Source: Chloroflexota bacterium (GTDB lineage: Bacteria; Chloroflexota; Dehalococcoidia; Lucifugimonadales; GCA-2719675). From it: a stretch of DNA of 64,000 bases. The position numbers and the translations under genes were made by a program. Below, piece after piece: positions 20,001 through 28,486 of this stretch. The notes under the pieces are model-generated. The model saw only the letters and a program-made list of their open reading frames with translations, did no database searches and had not been told where the DNA came from. How positions within the stretch are numbered: the first letter of the stretch is position 1; each line of letters begins with the position of its first letter. The DNA is taken from NCBI GenBank assembly GCA_002719675.1, contig PBID01000016.1:2837-66836 (forward strand). The letters are read 5' to 3'.

Positions 20001-21492
20001 ATTTTTCACATTTTTATTTGCAGATTTACATGCCCATTTGATTTCTATTCCATATACGATATTGTCTTTGGGGCTTTGTGTTTCCTTACTATTTTCTTAT
20101 GACGAATTTGGAAAAAAAGTAAGAATACTTAATTATAAGTATGATATAAATGAATTATTGAAGTTATTTATTCTAGGTGTTTCTCTTGGTGCATTGAGAG
20201 TAATAAATACTTGGGATTATCCAATATTTCTTTTAATTTCGATAGTATCAATTTTTTGGATATCGATTTTCAAGTATAAATTTTTCAATATTGATGCAAT
20301 TTTTATTGGTATAAAAAAATCAACTTTTGTGTTTTTTGTTGGGTATATTTTATTTTTACCATATCATATCAATTATCATTCATCTTTTTCTTCAATAGAA
20401 AAAACCACCAACCAGACTGATATTACTCAATTTATTTACATTTTTGGTATCTTCATATTTTTAATACTTAGTTTTTATTTATATATAGGATTACAAAACT
20501 GCAGTAAATTTGATTTTACTAAGACTAGTTTTAAGTCAAATTTTAAAAAGAATTTATTTATATATACGTTTATTTTAATGTTTGTTCTTATGATTTTTTA
20601 CTTTATCTATTCATTGATAGGTTTAACTTCTGTGGTTTTATTTTTAATTTCTATTTTTATCTTTTTTGTTTCAACAAAATTTATTTCCAAAAGTTTATTT
20701 CAAGACCCGGTGATGTTTTTCGTAACTACATTGGTAATTGTTGGCATTTTTCTTGCAATAGGGTTAGAAATATTTAGGGTGTCCGGGGATGTTCAGAGGA
20801 TGAATTCAGTATTTAAATTTTATTTGCAAATTTGGACATTATTATCTATAGTTTCTGGTTTTTTTGCTTGGGTATTGATTAATTCAAATAACATTTTTAA
20901 ATTCAAAGTTGATGTTTTTTGGAGAATTTCTTTTTGCTTTTTATTGTTATGTGTAATGATTTATCCGATTTTTGGAACTGGTAAAAGAATTAACACACGA
21001 TTTGATCAATTACCGATAACTTTGGATGGAACAGAATTTATGAAAACATCGATCTATCAAAGCCCATATGGCCCGATTAATTTGAAATATGATTATGATG
21101 CAATTAATTGGATTCGTGATGAAATTTCTGGTTCACCTGTAATGTTGGAAGGGCAATTTCCTTTATATACTTGGGGTGGTAGAGTTTCAATTTACACAGG
21201 TCTTCCAACATTATTGGGTTGGTATTGGCATCAAGAGCAACAGAGATGGGGTAATAAAACTGAAGTAGCAGAGAGAAAATCAATTGTTGACACCATATAT
21301 AGTACTACGAACATTCAGCTTGCAAAAAATCTAATTAACTCATATAAAGTTGATTATATATATATTGGAGAATTGGAGAAGAATAAATATCCTGTTCAAG
21401 GTATAAAAAAGTTTAATAATATCTCTGAATTAAATCTCAAGATTATTTATGAAAATAAAGAAGTAAAAATTTATTCAGTTATACCTCGCTAA
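17044..21492 (+). CDS. Giant polytopic membrane protein: N-terminal GT-C (PMT_2/ArnT-like) glycosyltransferase module plus DUF2298 module
   Basis: 1482 aa with more than 25 predicted TM segments. The first-loop acidic motif HPDER and the R..S..AD...I...Y pattern are typical of GT-C enzymes. The DUF2298 hallmark [49 protein letters not shown] sits near aa 810. There is a C-terminal soluble domain (..[10 protein letters not shown]..). Confidence 0.75.
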   Translation: [1482 protein letters not shown]

Positions 21493-21628
21493 TCTGTTTC
21501 ATCTTTGATTGAAATAATTTTTGGAAATTCAAATTCGTTTGACATGGAAACACAGCCGACATAGAATGGGGTGGATCTATGAAAGATATAGAGAATTTTG
21601 AGTTGTAAATTTTTCTAGGAGGAATCAA

Positions 21629-21868
21629 TTGTCAGTTAAGGCTTTTATTTTAATAACTACAAAGGTCGGAAAATCCAGAGAGGTACTATCTAGGCTAAGT
21701 GAGATAGATTCTATCGAAGCAGTAGATTCTGTTTTAGGTCCTTATGATATTATAGCTATTGCCAGAGCTAATGATGTTAATTCTATAGGTGATTTGGTGC
21801 CTTCTATGATACATCCTATTGATGGTGTTGATAGAACTACAACATGTTTGTCTGTCCAAAAAGATTAA
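21629..21868 (+). CDS. Stand-alone Lrp/AsnC ligand-binding (RAM) domain protein
   Basis: 79 aa with a beta-alpha-beta-beta-alpha-beta pattern (KAFILITTKVGKSREVLSRLSEIDSIEAVDSVLGPYDIIAIAR). There is no HTH. TTG start after SD AGGAGG. Confidence 0.7.
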   Translation: MSVKAFILITTKVGKSREVLSRLSEIDSIEAVDSVLGPYDIIAIARANDVNSIGDLVPSMIHPIDGVDRTTTCLSVQKD

Positions 21869-22105
21869 TTGAGAATAAAATTGTAAGTTCTATTTAATTT
21901 TTTGTTATTAACATTTTTTATTTAAATGTTTCGTTTTTAGTGCTGTCTAATTCAATCAAAGAGAATCTTAGATATTATTTTTAGCCAGTTTTTTAGTATT
22001 AGGTTTATTCAAGTAATTTAAAAAGAACTTTGGATTTAACCTAATGCATTAAATATTTCAAGATTTTATAATTTGTGATAACAATGTTAGTTAAGGATAT
22101 TTTTT

Positions 22106-25100
22106 ATGTTTGAGTCTGTAAATTCGAAAATTGATTTTCCTTCAATGGAACGAGAAATTTTTTCTTGGTGGGAAGAAAATAATATTGTTCAAATGTATTT
22201 GGATAGAAATTCAAAATCTAATAAGAAGTTTTCATTCATTGATGGTCCAATAACCGCGAATAATCCTATGGGTGTTCATCATGCTTGGGGAAGAACTTAT
22301 AAAGATCTTTGGCAAAGGTTTAAAACGATGCAAGGTTTTAAACAAAGATATCAGAATGGTTTTGATGGGCAAGGTTTATGGATTGAAGTTGAAGTTGAAA
22401 AAGAATTGGGTTTGAATTCTAAGCGTGAGATTGAAACATTTGGGATAGATAAATTTGTAGAATTATGTAAAGCCAGAGTGAAAAAGTTTTCTGAAATTCA
22501 AACAGAACAATCTAAAAGATTAGGTTATTGGATGGACTGGGATAATTCATATCATACGTTGTCTGATGAAAATAATTATACTATTTGGAAGTTTTTGAAG
22601 ATTTGTGATGAAAAGGGTTGGTTGTATGAAGGGACAGACGTGATGCCGTGGTGTCCAAGATGTGGAACAGGATTATCTCAACATGAAATAGTTACTGAAG
22701 GTTACAAGGAAGTTGTCCATCCGGGTCTTTTTGTAAAACTTGAATTGAATGACAGGGAAAATGAATCGCTTCTTATCTGGACTACAACTCCCTGGACTCT
22801 TTCAAGTAATACAGGTGTTTATTTACATCCTGATTTGAAATATGCCAAAGTTCAATTGTCATCGGGTGGAATCATTTATGTATTAAATAGTCGTTTAAAT
22901 GTGATACTTGAAGATCATCAAGTATTAGAATTAATTGAAGGTAAAGAATTAGAGGGATTGAAATATAAAGGGCCATTTGATGAGTTGCCAATTCAAAAAG
23001 ATGTGATTCATAAGGTTGTTTGTAATGAAAATGTAAATGAGTCAGAAGGTACAGGGATTGTTCATACCGCTCCGGGAGCTGGTCAAGAAGACTTTTTAAT
23101 TAGTAAAAAAGAAGGTCTGGATGTGATTGCACCTTTAGATGAATTTGGAACTTTTATTGAAGGATTTGGATGGCTTTCTGGGAAAAATGTTAGTGATGTT
23201 AATGATGAAATTTATGAAGATTTAAAAAATAAAGGAATTTTTTACAGAGTAGAAGATTATACTCATAGATATCCTGTTTGCTGGAGATGTGATACTGAAC
23301 TTGTATTTAGATTAGTTGATGAATGGTTTATATCTATGGATGAACTTAGAGGTATGATTGCAGATGTTACTAAGAAGATCAATTGGTTTCCAGAATTTGG
23401 ATTAGATAGAGAGCTTGATTGGTTGAAGAACATGGATGATTGGATGATCTCTAAAAAGCGATATTGGGGGTTGGCTTTACCTATTTTTAAGTGTTTTGAT
23501 TGTGGTAATTTTGACGTTGTAGGAAGTGAAAAAGAATTACAAGGTAGGGCTGTTCAAGGTTGGGAATCATTTGATGGTAATTCTCCACATAGACCTTGGA
23601 TTGATTCAATAAAAATTGAATGCTCGAATTGCGGGAAAAATATTGATCGTATTAAAGATGTGGGCAACCCATGGTTAGATGCAGGGATAGTTCCTTTTTC
23701 TACACTAAATTATCGCAATGATAAGAAATATTGGGAAGATTGGTTTCCTGCAGATTGGATTTCAGAAAGTTTTCCTGGACAATTTCGTAATTGGTTCTAC
23801 TCCTTATTATGTATGAGCACTGTATTAGAAAATTCTCCACCTTTTAAAAATATTTTTTCTTATGCCTTGATGAGAGATGAAAAAGGCGAAGAAATGCATA
23901 AAAGTAAAGGAAATGCAATTTGGTTTCATGAGGCCGCTGAAGAAATGGGAGTAGATTCGATGAGGTGGCTTTATTCAAGACATAATCCAGCCAACAATTT
24001 AATGTTTGGCCCTAATATTGCTGATGAGGTTAGAAGAATGTTGATAATTCCTTTATGGAATGTTTATTCTTTTTTTGTAACATATGCCAATATTGATGAA
24101 TATGATCCAGCAACCAAATCAGACAAAAATAATCTTTCGGAGTTAGATAGATGGATTTTGTCTGAATTGAACATATTGATTGGAGATGTTACTGATTCAT
24201 TAGAAAAGTATCAGCCCGAACGAGCTTCTAGAAATGTAGAACAGTTTGTATATTATTTATCCAACTGGTATGTTCGACGAAATAGAAGACGATTTTGGAA
24301 AAGCGGTACAGATGAGGATAAAATAGCTGCTTATTCAACTTTATATGAGTGTTTAGTTGTGATATCTAAATTAACTGCTCCATTTATGCCATTTTTGAGT
24401 GAATCAATTTATAGAAATTTGGTAGGTAGTTCTAGAGGTAAATTAAGTGTACATCTAGAAGATTATCCTATAGCCGATAATTCTAAAATAGATAATCAGC
24501 TTTCTAAAAAGACGTCTTTAGCTATGAAATTGTCAAGTATTGGTAGATCAGCTAGAAGCAAAGCAGGAATTAAAGTTAGGCAGCCTATTTCTAAAGTTGT
24601 AGTTTATTTAGAGTCTCAAGAAGACGTGGATCTTTTTTCAAGTGTAAAGCCTCAAATGCTCGAGGAATTGAATGTTAGAGATATATTGGTTACACAAAAA
24701 AAAGAAGATCTTTTGGCATTAGAGATTAAAGCAAATATGCAAATTCTTGGTCCTAAATTTGGTAAAAAAGCTAACGAAATTAAAAGTCTTATCGAACAAT
24801 CCGATCCAGAGGATATTTTGTCTAAGTTAAATATTGAAGATTCATATGAAATTCAGGGAAATTTGATTTCTAAAGAAGATGTAGAAATTGTTTCTTCTGA
24901 TCAGGATGGATTTTCTGTTGGTGTAGATGGAGGTTATTTTGTAGGAGTTGATATTAATTTGACTGATGAATTACGCCTTGAAGGTTTAGCAAGAGAATTG
25001 ATTCATGCGATTCAAAATATTCGTAAGAATTCAGGATTTGAAATTTCTCAGAACATAAAAATCGAATATATTTCTGGAGAAAAATTTGATAGTGTTCTTG

Positions 25101-25237
25101 AAAGTTTTGGAGATTTAATATCTAAAGAAACTCTTGCTAAAACAATTTTGAAAGTTCAAGAAATTCAATCATCTGTAACCGAAGAACTGAGATTGAATGG
25201 TGAAGAAATTGTGATAGGTTTAACTCCTTTAGATTAA
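22106..25237 (+). CDS. ileS: Isoleucyl-tRNA synthetase (long, type-2-like architecture) with divergent class I signature motifs
   Basis: 1043 aa. IleRS-like blocks WCPRCGTGLSQHE, YPVCWRCDTELVFRLVDEWFISMD and DWMISKKRYWGLALP, Zn-ribbon cysteines, and a type-2-style C-terminal extension. The HIGH position reads GVHH and the KMSKS position reads EMHKS. Confidence 0.85.
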   Translation: MFESVNSKIDFPSMEREIFSWWEENNIVQMYLDRNSKSNKKFSFIDGPITANNPMGVHHAWGRTYKDLWQRFKTMQGFKQRYQNGFDGQGLWIEVEVEKELGLNSKREIETFGIDKFVELCKARVKKFSEIQTEQSKRLGYWMDWDNSYHTLSDENNYTIWKFLKICDEKGWLYEGTDVMPWCPRCGTGLSQHEIVTEGYKEVVHPGLFVKLELNDRENESLLIWTTTPWTLSSNTGVYLHPDLKYAKVQLSSGGIIYVLNSRLNVILEDHQVLELIEGKELEGLKYKGPFDELPIQKDVIHKVVCNENVNESEGTGIVHTAPGAGQEDFLISKKEGLDVIAPLDEFGTFIEGFGWLSGKNVSDVNDEIYEDLKNKGIFYRVEDYTHRYPVCWRCDTELVFRLVDEWFISMDELRGMIADVTKKINWFPEFGLDRELDWLKNMDDWMISKKRYWGLALPIFKCFDCGNFDVVGSEKELQGRAVQGWESFDGNSPHRPWIDSIKIECSNCGKNIDRIKDVGNPWLDAGIVPFSTLNYRNDKKYWEDWFPADWISESFPGQFRNWFYSLLCMSTVLENSPPFKNIFSYALMRDEKGEEMHKSKGNAIWFHEAAEEMGVDSMRWLYSRHNPANNLMFGPNIADEVRRMLIIPLWNVYSFFVTYANIDEYDPATKSDKNNLSELDRWILSELNILIGDVTDSLEKYQPERASRNVEQFVYYLSNWYVRRNRRRFWKSGTDEDKIAAYSTLYECLVVISKLTAPFMPFLSESIYRNLVGSSRGKLSVHLEDYPIADNSKIDNQLSKKTSLAMKLSSIGRSARSKAGIKVRQPISKVVVYLESQEDVDLFSSVKPQMLEELNVRDILVTQKKEDLLALEIKANMQILGPKFGKKANEIKSLIEQSDPEDILSKLNIEDSYEIQGNLISKEDVEIVSSDQDGFSVGVDGGYFVGVDINLTDELRLEGLARELIHAIQNIRKNSGFEISQNIKIEYISGEKFDSVLESFGDLISKETLAKTILKVQEIQSSVTEELRLNGEEIVIGLTPLD

Positions 25238-25243
25238 TATCAA

Positions 25244-26302
25244 TTAAGGTCTTTCGATAAGAGTTAAAGTAACGATGTTTTTGGTTTGATTTCTATAGAA
25301 TTCTACACTGATTTTGTCCCCGGGAGAAAGTTTCCATAATGCATCAAGGAATTTATTCATGTCAGGAGTCTGAATGTCGTTTAATTTAGTAATTATATCT
25401 CCAGGTTTAATCCCAGATTTACTTGCAGGACCATTAGAAGTAGTAGTTGTAACAATAATACCTTCGTAGTGCTTAATTCCTAATTCATTAGCTATTGCTT
25501 TGGTAAAATCTTGCCCTGAAATACCAAAAAATGGTCTAATTACTTTTCCTGTTTCAATTAGACTTTCAAGTATTTTGTTTGCAACATTAGACTCAATAGC
25601 AAATCCTATACCTTGTGCACCACGTACAGTTGCTTGATTTATTCCTACAACTTCTCCATTTAGATTAATTAAAGGGCCACCACTATTTCCTTCGTTAATT
25701 GCAGCATCTGTTTGAATTAAACCATGAAACTGTCCAATTGAAGTCGTGATTGTTCGTTTTAGTCCACTGATGATTCCAATTGTTACAGTGGGGCCACCTT
25801 TCAATGCTAAAGCATTTCCAACAGTTAAGACCCATTGTCCGACTTTTAATTTATCAGAATTTGCAAATGAAGCAAATTCAAGGTTTTTAGCATTAATTTT
25901 TAGAACTGCTAGGTCTGAAATTCTATCAATTCCAACAATTTTTGCTTTATAAGTTGGCTGATTTGGTAAATGTACATTAATTTGTTTAGCGTTTTCAATA
26001 ACATGTGCATTTGTAAGTATATATCCATTAGATTTAGTAACAACTCCTGTACCTGCACCTTCGCCTCTGACAGTATAAAATTTGCTAATTTGACTAGATT
26101 CTGTAGTAATAGAAGCTACCCATGGTGTGACTTTTTCTACTGCTTTGGAAACGGAATTAATTTGCGTAGGGAGTTCTTGAGTGGAATTTTCAGGTTCTAA
26201 TCCAATCTTGCTCTTAGGATTTAAATCAATATTGGTACAACTTGAAAAAAACAATATGAATAATATTGAAAATTTTAGTAAATATTTCTTGCCAAATATC
26301 AT
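25244..26302 (-). CDS. HtrA/DegP-family serine protease with one PDZ domain, lipoprotein-type signal
   Basis: Catalytic His block LTNAHV, Ser block GNSGGPL and a C-terminal PDZ. N-terminal signal ends in FFSSC. Convergent with ileS, with only a 6-nt gap. Confidence 0.9.
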   Translation of the reverse strand: MIFGKKYLLKFSILFILFFSSCTNIDLNPKSKIGLEPENSTQELPTQINSVSKAVEKVTPWVASITTESSQISKFYTVRGEGAGTGVVTKSNGYILTNAHVIENAKQINVHLPNQPTYKAKIVGIDRISDLAVLKINAKNLEFASFANSDKLKVGQWVLTVGNALALKGGPTVTIGIISGLKRTITTSIGQFHGLIQTDAAINEGNSGGPLINLNGEVVGINQATVRGAQGIGFAIESNVANKILESLIETGKVIRPFFGISGQDFTKAIANELGIKHYEGIIVTTTTSNGPASKSGIKPGDIITKLNDIQTPDMNKFLDALWKLSPGDKISVEFYRNQTKNIVTLTLIERP

Positions 26303-26336
26303 GTGTATATTTTAGGAGTGATTTGTTAACAGTTAT

Positions 26337-27194
26337 TTATTGTAGATTAATATTTTGATTATCGCTAGATTTATTTTGAATATATTTAGATGATAAAAAT
26401 GATCCGAATAGTAAAATTAAGCTGGAAATATATACCCAGGTAAGTAATGCTAAAATTCCAGCAATTGATCCATATACAAGGTTATAATGCGTCGAAATTT
26501 TTAGGTATTCTATGAATGCAAAATTTCCTAAATTAAAAACGAATGCAGTTAACAATGCAAATGGAATTATTTCTTTAATATTAATTTTTGTATAAGGTAT
26601 ATAAGTATACAAGAATAAAATTGTTAAAAATGACATCGTTGGGAAGATAACTTTAGAAGATATATTCCAAAAAAGTTGAGTAAATACTTCTGAATCAGGT
26701 AAAAAATATCTAATTAGTTCTATAGCAATTGACAAGATTGGGCCACTTAATAATCCAAAAATCAGTAGTATACTAACAATCACTACTAGCATGAAATCTA
26801 TAAGTTTTTCCTGAATAATATTTCGCGTTTTGTTGATTCCCCAAGTAATGTTAATACCTTTTCTTATAGTTGCAAATACGGAAGTGGATGCCCAAGCTAA
26901 AGCAACAACACCAAACGTTCCAGACAAAGGTCGATCTATAGAAATTCCGTAGATTGTATCACTAATAAAATCCTTGGATACGGGTAAGAATTTAGCTAAA
27001 TTTACTGAAAAATCTGCCAACTCAGAAGTATCTTTAGTACCTAAAATAAATCCCAAAATTGAAGTTGCCAACAAAATTAATGGGAATATAGCAAATAGAG
27101 TGTAAAAAGATATCGAACTAGCAATTAAATGGCAATTTAGGTCTAAGAATTCTTTAATTACAACTAAGATTTTCTTATTTTTAAGGGAGTTCAT
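26337..27194 (-). CDS. YihY/BrkB-family integral membrane protein
   Basis: Six-TM protein with the family N-terminal pattern (ASSISFYTLFAIFPLILL). Confidence 0.8.
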   Translation of the reverse strand: MNSLKNKKILVVIKEFLDLNCHLIASSISFYTLFAIFPLILLATSILGFILGTKDTSELADFSVNLAKFLPVSKDFISDTIYGISIDRPLSGTFGVVALAWASTSVFATIRKGINITWGINKTRNIIQEKLIDFMLVVIVSILLIFGLLSGPILSIAIELIRYFLPDSEVFTQLFWNISSKVIFPTMSFLTILFLYTYIPYTKINIKEIIPFALLTAFVFNLGNFAFIEYLKISTHYNLVYGSIAGILALLTWVYISSLILLFGSFLSSKYIQNKSSDNQNINLQ

Positions 27195-27288
27195 TGTAAA
27201 GTATATTAATTCCTTACTGTATTTTTAAATAGAATATTGCAAATTATAATTTAATTATAGGATTTTTTAGGTATAGTAATTTGTTTCG

Positions 27289-27318
27289 TTGACATGCTGC
27301 TTGTATCTAAATTAATAT
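27289..27318 (+). promoter_or_regulatory. Candidate sigma70-type promoter of the SRP RNA gene
   Basis: TTGACA (27289-27294), an 18-nt spacer, then TAATAT (27313-27318). This ends just upstream of the conserved SRP RNA 5' sequence. Confidence 0.4.
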
Positions 27319-27320
27319 TA

Positions 27321-27603
27321 TTCTTGGTCGTGCTATGTGAGGAGTTAGCGGTGCCTTGAACTCGCAATCCGCTATAGCGAGACTGAATTCCTTTTTTGAG
27401 GTTCTTTAGCAGATAATTATATTTGGTTGATTACAATGTTGATAGTTTGGGTCCTGTGCGACAGATTGACATCTAATCCCGTCAGGTTCGGAAGAAAGCA
27501 GCGGTAAGTGTTTTATTTGGGTGCTGCAGATTAACTTGGATTGAGTTGTATTAGTTGAGTATATATTTGTTAATGAATCGATTAAAAGGTGCACGGCCAC
27601 TAT
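27321..27603 (+). ncRNA. ffs: Signal recognition particle RNA, long Bacillus-type form with Alu domain
   Basis: By memory it aligns well to B. subtilis scRNA. 5' Alu domain: GGTCGTGCTA..GAGG..AGCGGTGCC..GCAATCCGCT.TAGC..GAATTCC. Central GTTTGGGTCCTGTGCGA. Domain IV: GTCAGGTTCGGAAGAAAGCAGC. 3' end: AATCGATTAAAAGGTGCACGGCC, pairing with the 5' end. Confidence 0.9.
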
Positions 27604-27632
27604 AATATTCAAATGAAATGTAGGTTAATATC

Positions 27633-28424
27633 TTGCGTATACCTTCTAAGAAATCTCTCGGGCAACACTTTTTATTTGACACAAAAATTAGAGATTCTAT
27701 AATTAAGGCAGCTCAATTAAAGTCACATGATTTGGTTTTGGAGGTTGGGCCTGGGAAAGGATTTTTAACCAAGGAATTAATTAAAAATTGTGGGGAAGTG
27801 ATAGCTGTAGAAATTGATGATCGACTAGTTGAAGTTCTTCAACAGTTGTATTCTACGTCAACAAATTTAAAAATTGTATCTGGTGACGTTAGATATATGG
27901 ATTTAAATGATTTGATCTCCGAGGATACTAAATATAAAGTTGTTGCGAATTTACCGTATTATGCTGCATCAAGGATTATTAGACAATTTTTGGAAATTGA
28001 ACATAAACCTTCTTCTTTAACAGTTATGGTTCAACTTGAAGTAGCGAATCAGATGATAGCATCACCTGGACAGATGGGAATGTTATCCGTTGCGATACAA
28101 TTATATGGAAATCCAAAAATTGTGAAAAAGGTTAGCCCTTCGTCATTTAAACCAAAACCTAAAGTTAGTTCAGCTGTAGTAAACATTCAGATTTATCAGA
28201 AATTTGAAGTTGAAATTTTATCAGAGAAACATTTTTTCGAAGTCGTAAGAGGTGGATTTTCTGCACCTAGGAAACAGTTGCGTAATTCATTGAGTAAAGG
28301 ATTAAATATTACACCTCAAAATGCTGAAAAATACCTTGAGAAATGTGAGATAGATCCTTCACGCCGGCCGCAAACTTTGAGCTTGAAAGAATGGTCCAAA
28401 TTGCATGTAAATCTTATGAGTTAA
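27633..28424 (+). CDS. rsmA: 16S rRNA (adenine1518/1519-N6)-dimethyltransferase
   Basis: KsgA motifs SLGQHFL and SAM-binding VLEVGPGKGFLT, plus NLPYY. TTG start. Confidence 0.9.
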   Translation: MRIPSKKSLGQHFLFDTKIRDSIIKAAQLKSHDLVLEVGPGKGFLTKELIKNCGEVIAVEIDDRLVEVLQQLYSTSTNLKIVSGDVRYMDLNDLISEDTKYKVVANLPYYAASRIIRQFLEIEHKPSSLTVMVQLEVANQMIASPGQMGMLSVAIQLYGNPKIVKKVSPSSFKPKPKVSSAVVNIQIYQKFEVEILSEKHFFEVVRGGFSAPRKQLRNSLSKGLNITPQNAEKYLEKCEIDPSRRPQTLSLKEWSKLHVNLMS

Positions 28425-28486
28425 ATTTTGATAAGATACAATAGAATTATATTTAGAGAAGGTTGTAAATAATTATTAAGAATTTT

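Noticed and set aside
21579-21608. 9-codon upstream mini-ORF (MKDIENFEL) before the RAM-domain gene, as a possible leader peptide
   Set aside because: It has only one Ile codon and no regulatory codon run. No alternative hairpins are evident, and short ORFs like this are expected by chance.
21869-22105. Possible T-box leader upstream of ileS
   Set aside because: There is no T-box consensus (AANNNGGGTGGTACCGCG-like) and no GC-containing terminator/antiterminator pair. The region is simply AT-rich.
27406-27612. 68-aa minus-strand ORF in the ORF track
   Set aside because: It lies entirely within the well-supported SRP RNA gene, has no SD and has odd composition. It is almost certainly not coding.
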